A stretch of 64,000 nt of DNA from Lachnospiraceae bacterium. GTDB lineage: Bacteria > Bacillota > Clostridia > Lachnospirales > Lachnospiraceae. Of this stretch, positions 12,004 through 23,375 are shown piece after piece. A program made the position numbers and the translations under genes. The stretch spans positions 5,267 to 69,266 of the forward strand of contig JAFLSW010000010.1 of assembly GCA_022510725.1 (NCBI GenBank). Direction: 5' to 3'. Every line of letters begins with the position of its first letter. The stretch's first letter is position 1. Below the pieces are notes generated by a model that did not search any database, was not told the DNA's origin, and saw only the letters and a program-made list of their open reading frames with translations.

Positions 12004-12840
12004 TCATCCTGCCGCCATAAAATAGACGAGAACCAAAACACCTAATATGATACGATACCAGCCAAAAATCTTAAAGTTATGTTTTTTAATATAATCCATT
12101 AAGAATTTGATCACAAAAAGGGATACCAGAAAGGCAACGATCATGCCTGTCAGCAGGATCGCCACTTCCATGCCGGTAAAAGAAAATCCAAATTTTAAGA
12201 TCTTCAAAAGGCTTGCTCCAAACATGACCGGTATGGCCAAAAAGAAGGTGAATTCCGCTGCCACCGTACGGGATACACCGATCATCAATGCCCCCAGAAT
12301 GGTCGCGCCGGATCTGGATGTTCCGGGAAAGACTGCGGCGATCAATTGGAATACACCAATAATGATAGCAGTGGTATAAGTAATATCCTGCAGCTTTCTT
12401 ATCTTGGGTTTTTTGCCTTTGTTTTTATTTTCTACGACCAAAAATAACACACCAAAGAGAATGAGCATAATGGCAACGGTCTGATAGTTATAAAAATAGG
12501 CTTCTAAGATATCATCAAAGGCCAGCCCCACGATCGCAGCCGGAATACATGCCGCCAGAATCTTAAACCAAAGCACAAATACATCTTTTCTGATAAAGGT
12601 ACCCTTTTCCTCTGCCTGTTTGCCCACATAAAAAGGAAAGATCTTATTCCAAAACAAAACCACTACTGCCAGTATGGCACCTAACTGGATAACCACCTCA
12701 AACATAGACCAGAATTCTTCACTTACATCCAGAGTCACAAACTCATTCAACAAGATCAAGTGTCCGGTACTGCTGATGGGGAGCCATTCTGTGATTCCTT
12801 CCACCACGCCAAACAGGATTGCTTTTAAAATCTCTAACAT
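12004..12840 (-). CDS. uppP: Undecaprenyl-diphosphate phosphatase
   Basis: EGITEWLPISSTGH and PGTSRSGAT motifs. Confidence 0.95.
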   Translation of the reverse strand: MLEILKAILFGVVEGITEWLPISSTGHLILLNEFVTLDVSEEFWSMFEVVIQLGAILAVVVLFWNKIFPFYVGKQAEEKGTFIRKDVFVLWFKILAACIPAAIVGLAFDDILEAYFYNYQTVAIMLILFGVLFLVVENKNKGKKPKIRKLQDITYTTAIIIGVFQLIAAVFPGTSRSGATILGALMIGVSRTVAAEFTFFLAIPVMFGASLLKILKFGFSFTGMEVAILLTGMIVAFLVSLFVIKFLMDYIKKHNFKIFGWYRIILGVLVLVYFMAAG

Positions 12841-12848
12841 AAGTCCTC

Positions 12849-13721
12849 CTAACTTAATTTTAAATATTTTGCCATATCCGGGAATGCAGTCTTTGCATCC
12901 TCATAACCGGTTTCATACAGTGCCCTGAGTTTCTTTTCATCCTTTTCCAGTCTTCCCACATCGGGATTGACTTTGGGCCTGATCACAAAGACATGCCCTT
13001 TCTTTTCATGCTCCTCAATAAAATCCAAAGTCTTATTATAAATAATATGTCTTCTTGCCATATCTCTGACCATATTTGGATATTTATGATAACGAATCCG
13101 GATGGCATGCATATTGGAGGCAGGCTTTCTCCGATAACCCACTTCCTTTGTCATAACGATCACATTCTTTTTATTGCCGTCCCGAAGAGAGCGGATGATG
13201 GGAATGGAATCCGCAATGCCGCCGTCTAAATAGGGTGTGTTATCTATGTACACATTATTGGAGATCAAGGGCAGAGATGCGGAAGCCCTGACCGCAACAA
13301 CATCCCGGTGCATTTCCAAAAGGGGCTTATATTCCGCCTTGCCGGTAATGATATTGGTCACCACCGCATAAGCCCTTCCTTCATACTCGGAAAAGGTCTT
13401 GTAATCGTAGGGATCCAGTTTGTTGGGAATGGTATCATAAAGCATCTTGGCTCCAAACATATCTCCCGTGGTGATCAGACTACGAAAGCTGCAATATTCT
13501 TTGTCCTGCAGATAGTCCACATTCACTCTGTAAGCCCGGCCCTTCTGCCAGGAAAGATAGCTGCACATATGACAGGCTCCTGCACTGACACCGTAGCAAT
13601 CGGAAAACAAAATGCCCTGCTCTATAAAATAGTCTAAAACGCCGGCTGTATAGATGCCTTTCATACCACCGCCTTCCAACACCAATCCCGCCTTGATCAT
13701 TCTTTTTTCTGCATCTGCCAT
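12849..13721 (-). CDS. Patatin-like phospholipase family protein
   Basis: GGGMKG, GVSAG and DGG motifs. Confidence 0.88.
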   Translation of the reverse strand: MADAEKRMIKAGLVLEGGGMKGIYTAGVLDYFIEQGILFSDCYGVSAGACHMCSYLSWQKGRAYRVNVDYLQDKEYCSFRSLITTGDMFGAKMLYDTIPNKLDPYDYKTFSEYEGRAYAVVTNIITGKAEYKPLLEMHRDVVAVRASASLPLISNNVYIDNTPYLDGGIADSIPIIRSLRDGNKKNVIVMTKEVGYRRKPASNMHAIRIRYHKYPNMVRDMARRHIIYNKTLDFIEEHEKKGHVFVIRPKVNPDVGRLEKDEKKLRALYETGYEDAKTAFPDMAKYLKLS

Positions 13722-13726
13722 TTTTA

Positions 13727-14923
13727 TTACCTCTTTTCCATGCCGTAATCTTTGGCAATTTTTCTAAGGGCTTCCAGAGACCGTTCTACCTTTTCTGTCT
13801 GAATACAATAAGACAGCCTGAAGTAACCGGGACAACAGAAGGAATCGCTGGGCACCATGCACAGATCATATTTTTGTGCATCCTTACAGAATACTTTTGC
13901 ATCCTCTATGGGCGCCTTGGGGAAGATATAAAAGGTGCCGCCCGGCTTCACACAAGTAAAACCAAGGTCTGTCAGTTCCTTATACAAAATATTCATATTG
14001 GTTTCATATACGGACAGATCCGATGTCTCCCCCAGCATTTCTGCCACTGCTAACTGAATCAGGGAGGACGGACAGTTATGTCCGATACCTCTGGAAATCT
14101 GGGTGCACATATCCACGATCAGCTCCGCATCTGCACAATGGGGGCAGACAGCCAGATATCCGATTCTTTCTCCCGGAATGGACAAAGATTTACTGAAGGA
14201 ATAGCACATTAAAGTGTTGTCGTAAAGAGCAGAAATACAAGGATTGTCCACTCCCGCAAATACGATCTCACGATAGGGCTCGTCGGAAATGATATAAATC
14301 GGATGACCGTATTTTGCCTCTTTCTCTTTTAAAATTTGTGCAAGCTTTTTTATGGTCTCCGTAGAATATACAACGCCGGAAGGATTGTTGGGCGTGTTGA
14401 TCAGGAGCGCCGCTGTTTTTTCCGTACACATGGATTCAAATGCTTCAAAATTGATCTGAAAGCTCTCTGTATCCGCAGGAACCACTTTTAGCTCTGCACC
14501 GGTTTCCTTAATATAGGGAACATATTCCGGAAAAAAGGGCGCAAAGGTAAGGATCTCGTCTCCTTCTTTTGCCACTGCCCTTGCAGCATGAGCAATCGCC
14601 CCTGCCGCCGCGCTGGTCATAAAAATATGCTCCATTTTGTAAGGCAGGCCGTACCGCTTACTCAAATATGCCGCAACCTTCTCTCTTACCTCAGGCAGGC
14701 CGTGTCCGGGACTGTATCCATGAAGCGCAATCGGCTCTCTGGTATCTACCAGTTCTTTGATGACCCGATTGAATTTTTCCGGTACGGGAACGGAAGGATT
14801 CCCTAAACTGTAATCAAATACATTCTCATATCCGATTTCTTTTCCTCTTGCATTGGCATAGGCGGATATCTCCCGGATCACCGATTTCATACCCAGCATA
14901 TCTTGATATTTTTGTACGATCAT
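13727..14923 (-). CDS. PLP-dependent class I/II aminotransferase
   Basis: NTPNNPSG, SDEPY and SFSKSLSIPGERIG motifs. Start set at the ATG at 14923 behind GGAGG. Confidence 0.9.
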   Translation of the reverse strand: MIVQKYQDMLGMKSVIREISAYANARGKEIGYENVFDYSLGNPSVPVPEKFNRVIKELVDTREPIALHGYSPGHGLPEVREKVAAYLSKRYGLPYKMEHIFMTSAAAGAIAHAARAVAKEGDEILTFAPFFPEYVPYIKETGAELKVVPADTESFQINFEAFESMCTEKTAALLINTPNNPSGVVYSTETIKKLAQILKEKEAKYGHPIYIISDEPYREIVFAGVDNPCISALYDNTLMCYSFSKSLSIPGERIGYLAVCPHCADAELIVDMCTQISRGIGHNCPSSLIQLAVAEMLGETSDLSVYETNMNILYKELTDLGFTCVKPGGTFYIFPKAPIEDAKVFCKDAQKYDLCMVPSDSFCCPGYFRLSYCIQTEKVERSLEALRKIAKDYGMEKR

Positions 14924-14982
14924 GTTTTTTCCTCCTGTCTCTTTTCCATTCTGCCCATTGCTCATTCCATACTATCTTTATT

Positions 14983-15909
14983 TCATTGATCGCCATCTAA
15001 GTATTTTTGCAAGTCTTCTATTAAAAGTGCTGTTCTGACCTGAACTCCCTGATCGTTCAGATGCAGATAGGTATTATAAAACAATTCCTGATCCATCATA
15101 TAATCTTCATACCGGGAGATCAGAGGACAAGCAAGAAGGGAACCAAGCTTGTCAGAAAATGCCACATATTCCTCCCTATCCGGCGTATATTCACAAATAG
15201 GGGTAGGATAAGCAGCCACCAGCAATGTGGCCCCATTCTCTTTCAGCTTTTGGTCAAGAGCATTGATGCGGTTAATGGTCGCATCGCCGATTGCCGGTAT
15301 ATGCACCTGTGAAAAATCCGTGCCCGGTGCCAGCATCGGTCTGCCATAGATGTTGTCTCCATATTCATTGAACTGCTGCCTGCTGTATTCGTCTTCACTG
15401 CTCATATTTCCAATACCCTGAGTCCAGAGCTCCAGGCAATCTTTTAAATAAGTGGGATAGGCTCTGATCATACCCTTCCAGTCCTTGGGCCGGACATAGC
15501 TATATAATTCCAAATGGTTCTCTATGGTGATCCAGGCCAACTGCGGATTGCGGATCACATCCCCATCGTCAAAATTGCTGTAGCTTAAAATAACAATATC
15601 CCCTTCATGGACATTTTTCAACGCGGCCTGTTCTACAAAAGGATTACCCAGGTTGCCATGCATCCCCATGTTGACTACAGGCATCCCAAAGGCTTCTTCA
15701 ATAGCAGCAGAGTCGATTCCAAAAACCAGATTGGAATTGCCGATCAACACGATCTTAGGCTCGTCTATGGAACACAAGCGTTCATTTTTATCTATGAGCG
15801 CCGCCTGGTAATTATTCAGATATTGAGGCATAACGATCCAAAAACAAAATAGGATCACGATCCCCAGCATGATCAGACACTTTAAAAAAAATAGCAGTTT
15901 CTTTTTCAT
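14983..15909 (-). CDS. Membrane-anchored SGNH-like acyltransferase partner of the MBOAT protein (AlgJ/DltD-like)
   Basis: N-terminal TM helix, GNS motif and C-terminal YLH; directly downstream of the MBOAT gene. Confidence 0.55.
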   Translation of the reverse strand: MKKKLLFFLKCLIMLGIVILFCFWIVMPQYLNNYQAALIDKNERLCSIDEPKIVLIGNSNLVFGIDSAAIEEAFGMPVVNMGMHGNLGNPFVEQAALKNVHEGDIVILSYSNFDDGDVIRNPQLAWITIENHLELYSYVRPKDWKGMIRAYPTYLKDCLELWTQGIGNMSSEDEYSRQQFNEYGDNIYGRPMLAPGTDFSQVHIPAIGDATINRINALDQKLKENGATLLVAAYPTPICEYTPDREEYVAFSDKLGSLLACPLISRYEDYMMDQELFYNTYLHLNDQGVQVRTALLIEDLQKYLDGDQ

Positions 15910-15933
15910 GGATCTCTCCCTTTCTGACTAAGG

Positions 15934-17424
15934 TCAGAACTGAAAATAAATAAACTCTGTCTGGGTATAATCCAGCCCGTAAGCACCATATAACATGATC
16001 ACAAAAAGCAGTCCCAGATATACCAGCCAGCGAAACCAGATACCCTGGGTCAATACCAGGGAACGGACATCCTTTCCCCGATCCTTCAGACCGTCCACCA
16101 CAAACAGCAATATCACTGACAGAAGTAAAGCAATTTGCTGCTGCGCACTAAAGCCCATGCGCATGACTGCCAGACCAAAAAGCTGAGGGAACTGCAGGCT
16201 TTCTATGGTATGCCTGATCATGTCAAGGGCCTTGCCAAGGGTTTCCGCTCGGAAAAACAGCCAGGAAAAATCCACCAGCGCAAAAGTAAGCAATGTGCAG
16301 CCCAGTCGATAACTAAAACGGCTTTCATCTGCACGAAATACAGCTTTCACTTTGTTCCTAAAAGGTTCTGCTGCCTCTCCCACGATCAGATAAAGGCCAT
16401 TTAAGGCACCCCATATCATATAAGTCCATCCTGCTCCGTGCCACAGGCCGCTGATGAAAAATACAATAAATATATTGATAAACTTCCTGATACGCCCTTT
16501 CCGGTTGCCTCCCAAAGGAATATACAGATAATCCCGGAACCATCCGGTCAGGGAAATATGCCATCTTTTCCAGAACTCCTTGACACTTATTGCCTGATAA
16601 GGAGAACGGAAATTCTGCATCAGGTCAAATCCCAACACTCTGGCACTTCCCAGAGCCAGATAGGAATACCCTCCGAAATCACAGTAGATCTGGATAGCAA
16701 ACAAAACTGTTGCTAAAATCACTTCTACACCTGTATAGGCTGTATAATTCTCATACACCGCATTCACATATACTGCCGCATTATCCGCTATGACGATCTT
16801 CATAAACAGACCCCACAGCATGGTAAGGAGTCCTTCCCTTACCCGGTCCACATCAAAATCATTCTTTTTGTCAAACTGGGAGAGCAGATTGCTGCTTCGC
16901 TCAATGGGTCCTGCCACCAATTGCGGAAAGAAGGAGACAAACAGCATGTGTCGGAACAGATTCTTCGTAGCGGGCGTCTTGCCCCGGTACACATCCATGG
17001 TATAACCCAAAGCTTGAAAAATAAAGAAAGAGATGCCTACCGGTAACAGGATGTCCAGAATAGGGAACTGCTTTGTGCTGCCGGTAATACCCAAAAGGCG
17101 GTTTATATTCTGAATCAAAAAGTTAGCATATTTAAAATAGAATAAAAGAGAAAGATTCAAAAAAAAGTCAATACCCAAGATCCACTTAGCCGATCCGGTC
17201 TGTTCTTTTTTTATGGCTCTCTCTATCAGCAATCCCGCTGCATATGTAATAAAGGTGGATGCAAATAAAAGCAGCGCATAAGCTGCATTCCAACTCATAT
17301 AAAAATAATAGCTGGCAATCAAAAGCCAGAGATTGCGCAACTTTAGACACTTACCCGGTATGAGAAAATAAATTCCTGTTACAATGGGAAAAAATACCAG
17401 ATAATCCAGAGAATTAAACAGCAT
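15934..17424 (-). CDS. MBOAT family O-acyltransferase (AlgI/DltB-like)
   Basis: LPVGISFF, FFPQLVAGPI, FWKRWHISL and SGLWHGA motifs. Confidence 0.9.
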   Translation of the reverse strand: MLFNSLDYLVFFPIVTGIYFLIPGKCLKLRNLWLLIASYYFYMSWNAAYALLLFASTFITYAAGLLIERAIKKEQTGSAKWILGIDFFLNLSLLFYFKYANFLIQNINRLLGITGSTKQFPILDILLPVGISFFIFQALGYTMDVYRGKTPATKNLFRHMLFVSFFPQLVAGPIERSSNLLSQFDKKNDFDVDRVREGLLTMLWGLFMKIVIADNAAVYVNAVYENYTAYTGVEVILATVLFAIQIYCDFGGYSYLALGSARVLGFDLMQNFRSPYQAISVKEFWKRWHISLTGWFRDYLYIPLGGNRKGRIRKFINIFIVFFISGLWHGAGWTYMIWGALNGLYLIVGEAAEPFRNKVKAVFRADESRFSYRLGCTLLTFALVDFSWLFFRAETLGKALDMIRHTIESLQFPQLFGLAVMRMGFSAQQQIALLLSVILLFVVDGLKDRGKDVRSLVLTQGIWFRWLVYLGLLFVIMLYGAYGLDYTQTEFIYFQF

Positions 17425-17642
17425 AACAGCCCTCTTCCACATAGATCAGTCCATGTTTTCGTAAATATATCTAAAAAAACCAAAAAATTGTGGGCACAAT
17501 CACTCTATGATTTTTTTAAATTCTTTGTTATGATTTTGGCAGGATGAATAACAATTCTTTTTGGTTGTTATTCTTTCACCTTGCCGGTCCCGCCTTGTAG
17601 GCGGGGCCATTTTTTATGAGCCAAGCCGGCTTCTTATGTCAC

Positions 17643-17954
17643 TTACAGTTTTTCAAATTCAAGGTCGAGCTCTTCCCTGCTATGGAATCCTACCAGCTTC
17701 TTTACCATCTGTCCATCCTTAAAAATGATAAGAGCAGGAATATTGGCAATTTCATACTGTGCTGCCAATCCTCCTTCTTTATCCACATCCACTTTACATA
17801 CCGTGATATCGCTTCTTTCCTGCGCTAATTCTTCAATAACAGGTCCCTGCATCTGACAGGGCCCACACCATTCCGCCCAGAAATCAACCAGGGTAAGACC
17901 TTCCTTATTTATATTTTGGACAAAGTTAACGCTTGTCAGGTCTATTGCTGCCAT
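17643..17954 (-). CDS. trxA: Thioredoxin
   Basis: WCGPC active site. Confidence 0.93.
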   Translation of the reverse strand: MAAIDLTSVNFVQNINKEGLTLVDFWAEWCGPCQMQGPVIEELAQERSDITVCKVDVDKEGGLAAQYEIANIPALIIFKDGQMVKKLVGFHSREELDLEFEKL

Positions 17955-18213
17955 ATTGGTTCCTCCTTATATTTTACAACCGGGAATCTTTTCATATCCG
18001 CTGCAATATTATTTTAATCTTATCTTTTCTCTTCCTTGCACTTTTATTCTGAAAATCACATTTACTTTATGTATTGTAGCATAATTGGCAAAAATTGGCT
18101 ACCACAGCATAAAAAAACACAATGGGATAGATCACGAAATTTGAGGGGCTCTGTATCTGCAGACACAGAACCCCTCTCATTAGATATTGGAGTATATCCC
18201 CTATTTTTATCTC

Positions 18214-19383
18214 TTATTTGCCTTCCTTCTTTGTTGTTACATCGAAGATAACTGCTGCCAGCAATACAAGACCTTTTACCACTCTCTGGTAGTTGCTGTC
18301 AACACCCATAATGGACATACCCAGGTTGATAACACCCATCAGCACCGCACCGATGATAACGCCGGGAACGGTACCGATTCCGCCGTATGCGGAAGCACCG
18401 CCGATGAAGCAGGAGCCAATGGCATCCATTTCATAGTTCTGTCCGTAAGTGGGCTGTGCACTGGTCAGACGGGCAATGGTCAGGATACCTGCCAGACCTG
18501 CCAAAAGACCCATATTGGTATAGGCAATGAAGTATACTCTGTTGGTATTGATACCGGAAAGCTTGGTTGCTTTCTCGTTACCGCCCACTGCATAGAAGTA
18601 ACGGCCAATGGTAGTCTTAGATGTAATGTAACCATAGATCAATACGACGATCAATACCCAGATCAATGCAGTAGGAATACCTTTATAGTTAGAAAGCTGA
18701 TATGCTACCGCACAGATAGCAACACAGATGATCACAGTCTTTACGATCATGCCTGCAAGAGAATCCACTTCATAACCTTTTTTCACTCTTGCCAGACGGT
18801 TCTTAACCTGGATCAGTACATAGATCACACAAGCTAAGATGCCTGCCAGCATACAGGTTAAGTTAAAGCCTTCCACGCCAAATACATCAGGAATATAACA
18901 ATTTGCACCGCCACCGAATACTTTCTGGAAGCTTTCGGAAGTAACGGATACTGTCATACCGTTTAATACCACATTAGAAAGTCCTCGGAATACCAACATA
19001 CCGGACAGTGTGGTAATGAAGGGCGGAACATGTACATATGCGATCCAGAATGCCTGCCATGCACCGATCAAGAGACCAACGATCAGCATGGTAATAACTG
19101 CTGCAACTACATTGATGTTTTTATCCATCATGGTAGCGCCCACCGCACCGACGAAGCAGACCACGCTGCCGACGGAAAGGTCGATGTTACCACCGGTCAA
19201 GATACATAACAGCATACCTGTTGCCAATACAAACACATATGCGTTCTGAGAGATCAGATTGGTTACATTCTGGGGTTTAAAGAGCAGCCAGTTTGTACCC
19301 ACCCCAAAGAAGAGCATTACCAAAACCAGTACAATGATCATGGTATATTTTTTGACAAATGTCATAACTTTTGCTTTATCCAT
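18214..19383 (-). CDS. Monosaccharide ABC transporter permease (GguB/XylH-like)
   Basis: IDLSVGS and GRYFYAVGGNEKATKLSG (EAA-like) motifs. Confidence 0.9.
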   Translation of the reverse strand: MDKAKVMTFVKKYTMIIVLVLVMLFFGVGTNWLLFKPQNVTNLISQNAYVFVLATGMLLCILTGGNIDLSVGSVVCFVGAVGATMMDKNINVVAAVITMLIVGLLIGAWQAFWIAYVHVPPFITTLSGMLVFRGLSNVVLNGMTVSVTSESFQKVFGGGANCYIPDVFGVEGFNLTCMLAGILACVIYVLIQVKNRLARVKKGYEVDSLAGMIVKTVIICVAICAVAYQLSNYKGIPTALIWVLIVVLIYGYITSKTTIGRYFYAVGGNEKATKLSGINTNRVYFIAYTNMGLLAGLAGILTIARLTSAQPTYGQNYEMDAIGSCFIGGASAYGGIGTVPGVIIGAVLMGVINLGMSIMGVDSNYQRVVKGLVLLAAVIFDVTTKKEGK

Positions 19384-19404
19384 TTTTTAACACTCCTTTA
19401 CTTA

Positions 19405-20937
19405 TTATTTACTTGATTTCAAAATATGTGACATGATGACTTCCTGAGATGCTTCCTCAGCGGAAACCTCTCCTACCATCCTGCCTTCATTCATGATGTA
19501 GATCCTGTCGCACATACCCAGAACCTCCGGCAGTTCGGAAGAGATCATGATAACCGATTTACCTTCTGCTACTAACTGATTGATGATACAATAAATCTCA
19601 TATTTTGCCCCAACGTCAATACCGCGGGTAGGTTCATCCAAAATCAATACATCCGGATCTGTAAACATCCATTTTGCAAGGAGTACCTTCTGCTGGTTGC
19701 CACCAGACAGATTACCTACATTCTGCTCTACACTTGGGCACTTTGTTCTCAGTTTTTCTTTATAGTCAACAGCCACTGCATACTCTTCATCACTGTTGAT
19801 AACTGTGTTCTTGCTGACAGCCTTTAAGTTTGCCAAAGTGGTGTTGATCTTAATGGAATTAGAGAGAACCAAACCATTTCCTTTTCGGTCCTCTGTTACA
19901 TATGCTAATTTATTTTTAATGGCTTCGCTTACGGACTTCATTTGGACTTCTTTGCCATTGATGGATACCTGGCCGGAAATATTCGTACCGTAGCTATGAC
20001 CGAATACGCTCATAGCCAGCTCTGTACGGCCTGCACCCATCAGACCGGAAATGCCTACCACCTCGCCTTTTCTCACATTCATGCTGACATTGTCAACAAC
20101 CTTACGCTCTGTATAGATGGGGTGGTATACTGTCCAATCTTTGATCTCCATGTTGACTTCGCCGATATTCTTGGTTTCTCTCTTGGGGAAACGGTCTGTC
20201 AGATCACGACCTACCATGCCTTTGATGATACGGTCTTCTGAAATATCGTCTTTTTCTTTGTCCAAAGTCTCAATGGTAGAACCATCACGGATTACCGTAA
20301 TCTTATCTGCCACATAAGAAATCTCATTTAATTTATGAGATATAATAATCGATGTCATACCTTCTTTTTTGAATTTCAAAAGCAGATCCAAAAGTGCCTG
20401 AGAATCTGTTTCATTTAAGGAAGCCGTAGGCTCATCCAAAATAAGAAGTTTTGCATTTTTGGCCAGCGCTTTGGCGATCTCAACCAACTGCTGCTTACCT
20501 GTACCGATATCTTTGATCAGGGTTCTGGAGGACTCTTTCAAGCCTACCATCTTTAAATACTTCTCTGCGAGGCCATGGGTTTCGTTCCAATTGATGGCAA
20601 AGGACTTTCCTCTCTCATTTCCCAGGAACATGTTCTCACCGATGGTCATATAGGGAATCAGTGCCAGCTCCTGATGGATAATAACAATACCCTTCTCTTC
20701 ACTGTCTTTGATCTTATTAAACTTACAAATCTCACCATCATAAACAATATCGCCCTCATATGTACCATAAGGGTAAATACCGCTTAAGACATTCATCAGT
20801 GTGGATTTACCGGCGCCATTCTCACCAACCAGTGCGTGGATCTCGCCCTCTTCCACCTTCAGATTTACATTGTCAAGGGCTTTTACTCCGGGGAATGTTT
20901 TGATGATGTTCTTCATTTCAAGCAATACTTTCGCCAA
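19405..20937 (-). CDS. Monosaccharide ABC transporter ATP-binding protein (GguA/XylG-like)
   Basis: Two NBDs, GENGAGKST and [12 protein letters not shown] start behind GGGAGGG is likely. Confidence 0.9.
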   Translation of the reverse strand: MAKVLLEMKNIIKTFPGVKALDNVNLKVEEGEIHALVGENGAGKSTLMNVLSGIYPYGTYEGDIVYDGEICKFNKIKDSEEKGIVIIHQELALIPYMTIGENMFLGNERGKSFAINWNETHGLAEKYLKMVGLKESSRTLIKDIGTGKQQLVEIAKALAKNAKLLILDEPTASLNETDSQALLDLLLKFKKEGMTSIIISHKLNEISYVADKITVIRDGSTIETLDKEKDDISEDRIIKGMVGRDLTDRFPKRETKNIGEVNMEIKDWTVYHPIYTERKVVDNVSMNVRKGEVVGISGLMGAGRTELAMSVFGHSYGTNISGQVSINGKEVQMKSVSEAIKNKLAYVTEDRKGNGLVLSNSIKINTTLANLKAVSKNTVINSDEEYAVAVDYKEKLRTKCPSVEQNVGNLSGGNQQKVLLAKWMFTDPDVLILDEPTRGIDVGAKYEIYCIINQLVAEGKSVIMISSELPEVLGMCDRIYIMNEGRMVGEVSAEEASQEVIMSHILKSSK

Positions 20938-21006
20938 CTCTATCCCTCCCAATATCCAATATATTTTTACTATACTTCCATACTAAAAATCTTCCGATTA
21001 TCATGA

Positions 21007-21030
21007 GCAGGCGGGATAAATCCCGCCTGC
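21007..21030. other. GC-rich hairpin between the SBP and ATPase genes (probable mRNA-stabilising or partial-termination element)
   Basis: GCAGGCGGGA-TAAA-TCCCGCCTGC, a perfect 10-bp stem with no U tract. Confidence 0.6.
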
Positions 21031-21054
21031 AACATGTTTCAATATGAAATTCGA

Positions 21055-22179
21055 TTACTGTAAATCGCTTTCCTGATAGTATCCGGAATCGATCAACAGC
21101 TCTTTGTAGTTGTTTACATCAGCGAATACAGGCTCGCAGAGTAAGGAAGGAATTACACCGGTTCCGTTATCATAAGTCTCTGTATCAAGACCGGTAATCT
21201 CCTTTCCATTCATGATAGCATCTACCATGTTTACAACTTCTTTTGCAAGTGTACGAGTATCTTTGAAGATAGACATGGACTGTTTACCTGCAATGATGTT
21301 CTTTACATTTGCTACGTCACAGTCCTGACCGGTAAGGATAGGCCAAGATCCGGTATAACCTGCATCCAGTGCATTTGCAACACCAAGTGCAGTAGAGTCA
21401 TTGCTTGCCAGTACTACATCTAAGTTAGTTCCATCAGAGTAGTAGGAAGAAATAATTGCTTCAAATCTGGACTGTGCTGCATCAGTTGCCCAGTTTGCAG
21501 TAGAAACAGCTGCTTTTTCGATCTGTCCGGAAGGAACAACCAGCTTGCCTGCATCAATGTAAGGCTGTAATACATCCATAGCGCCGCCATAGAAGAAGTT
21601 AGCGTTGTTGTCACCGGGGTCACCTGTTACGATCTCAAGGTTGAAAGGACCTGCTGCATTGTCAAGGTCTAACTGCTCAACAATGAATTCACCCTGTTTC
21701 TGACCTACTAAGTAGTTATCAAAGGTTGCATAGTAGGTAACTGCGTCGGAGTTCATGATCAAACGGTCATAAGCGATAACAGGAATGTTCTGCTCTTTTG
21801 CCTGCTGTAAAACAGTTCCTAAGGAGTCACCGTCGATAGAAGCGATAACCAACAGCTCACAGCCACTGGAGATCATGTTCTCGATCTGGGAAACCTGTGT
21901 AGGAATATCGTTGCTTGCAAACTGAAGATCTACGCTGTAGCCTGCTGCTTCCAGCTGTGTCTTCATGTTCTCACCGTCCTGGTTCCATCTCTGCAGATCC
22001 TTGGTAGGCATGGATACACCGATCAGATGTCCGCCGCCGCTGGTAGATCCACCGGCTTCTTCAGAGCCACCTTCTTCTGTTGCAGGTGTAGTTGTCCCTG
22101 TAGAATTGTCACCACATCCTACTAAAAGAACTGCTGCCATTGCTACGCTGAGCAATACGCCAAGTAATTTCTTTTTCAT
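21055..22179 (-). CDS. chvE: Multiple-monosaccharide ABC substrate-binding lipoprotein (ChvE-like)
   Basis: Lipobox LVGC, MPTKDLQRW and IAYDRLI motifs. Start MKKK behind GGGAGG. Confidence 0.8.
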   Translation of the reverse strand: MKKKLLGVLLSVAMAAVLLVGCGDNSTGTTTPATEEGGSEEAGGSTSGGGHLIGVSMPTKDLQRWNQDGENMKTQLEAAGYSVDLQFASNDIPTQVSQIENMISSGCELLVIASIDGDSLGTVLQQAKEQNIPVIAYDRLIMNSDAVTYYATFDNYLVGQKQGEFIVEQLDLDNAAGPFNLEIVTGDPGDNNANFFYGGAMDVLQPYIDAGKLVVPSGQIEKAAVSTANWATDAAQSRFEAIISSYYSDGTNLDVVLASNDSTALGVANALDAGYTGSWPILTGQDCDVANVKNIIAGKQSMSIFKDTRTLAKEVVNMVDAIMNGKEITGLDTETYDNGTGVIPSLLCEPVFADVNNYKELLIDSGYYQESDLQ

Positions 22180-22242
22180 AAGAAATCCTCCCTTAATATT
22201 TTCTATGCATAAGAAGCCTAAAAACTCCTTTGCTACACCAAC

Positions 22243-22271
22243 AATATAGCACAAATTTTATCGTAAATCAA
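22243..22271 (-). promoter_or_regulatory. SigA promoter of the sugar ABC operon
   Basis: TTGATT-17 nt-TATATT with an extended TG. Confidence 0.6.
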
Positions 22272-22349
22272 TGACAATCTCTGTCCATTTTTCCACAAAT
22301 ATCCGGTTCTGACATTGCTGTCAGAATCTCCGCAAAAGCATCCTGATTT

Positions 22350-23237
22350 TTATTGTTTTTCAATCTTTTTATCTCCTGCAAAAATATATTGCTCCATCTT
22401 TTTATCTGAAAGAATCACGCTTTTATCTCTCTTAAATCCCAATTTTTGACAAAGCTTTAAAGAAGCGGTATTTTCTGCCTCAAACAACACCCGGATCTCC
22501 TGAAAGCCCAAATTACTTGTGCCGTAGGAAAGGATCGCCTTACAGACCTCTGTGGCAATGCCCTTTCTCTGATAAGGAACACCGATCACATAACCAAGCT
22601 CCGGGGTATCATAGCCTTCCCTCCAGGCCAGGCCCGCCCTGCCGATCAGCCTGCCCGTCTCCTTTAAGATCACAGCCCAGATACCAAAACCATCAAAGCT
22701 GTAAACTTTTTCAATGTATTGTCTGATAAATTTCCTTTCTTCTTCCCTGTCCTCGTAAAGCCCCTCCGTATAGCGGGTAATGGCCGGATCGTCATAAACC
22801 TCATACAGCTCATCCAGATCTTCTTCCGTGATTTCCCGAATGATGCAGCGGTCCGTTTCCAAAATGATCCAGGGTATGCCGTAAAAGCGTTTGTATACAC
22901 TTTCGATATAAACAAGATCCACCGCATCCAAACTTAAGACTCCAAAGGGTGCCTTAGAAAATTCCGCATCTCGATTGCCCTCATGGAGATACAGCAAAAA
23001 GGGAATACGCTCCTGATATGCTGTCTCATAACAGCACTCCCTGTCTGTGACCAAAAATATTTCCCGGCTCTTTTTCAATACAAAATCCGAAAAAGAGCAA
23101 TCCTGCATAGATCGTATCTTTCCCGAAAATTCCTCGGACAGCTTCCTTGCCCAGCTATCTATCTCCTCTGAAGAGACAGCGTCCGAAAAGGAATACCATA
23201 TCTCACTGATGTTTACATTCCATTCCGCCTTCCTCAT
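22350..23237 (-). CDS. GNAT (RimJ/RimL-type) acetyltransferase with an N-terminal extension
   Basis: ELGYVIGVPYQRKGIATE and NTASLKL motifs. Confidence 0.8.
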   Translation of the reverse strand: MRKAEWNVNISEIWYSFSDAVSSEEIDSWARKLSEEFSGKIRSMQDCSFSDFVLKKSREIFLVTDRECCYETAYQERIPFLLYLHEGNRDAEFSKAPFGVLSLDAVDLVYIESVYKRFYGIPWIILETDRCIIREITEEDLDELYEVYDDPAITRYTEGLYEDREEERKFIRQYIEKVYSFDGFGIWAVILKETGRLIGRAGLAWREGYDTPELGYVIGVPYQRKGIATEVCKAILSYGTSNLGFQEIRVLFEAENTASLKLCQKLGFKRDKSVILSDKKMEQYIFAGDKKIEKQ

Positions 23238-23375
23238 ATTGTCTTTCCCTTTCCTTCTTTACCTAGTATAACACAATATCCATGTTTTTTCTTTACCTTC
23301 CTGTAAATTTCGGCTACAATGTATTTGTGCGCTAAATGCACCTTATTTCATCAGCAGACAGGAGGAATCTATAAG

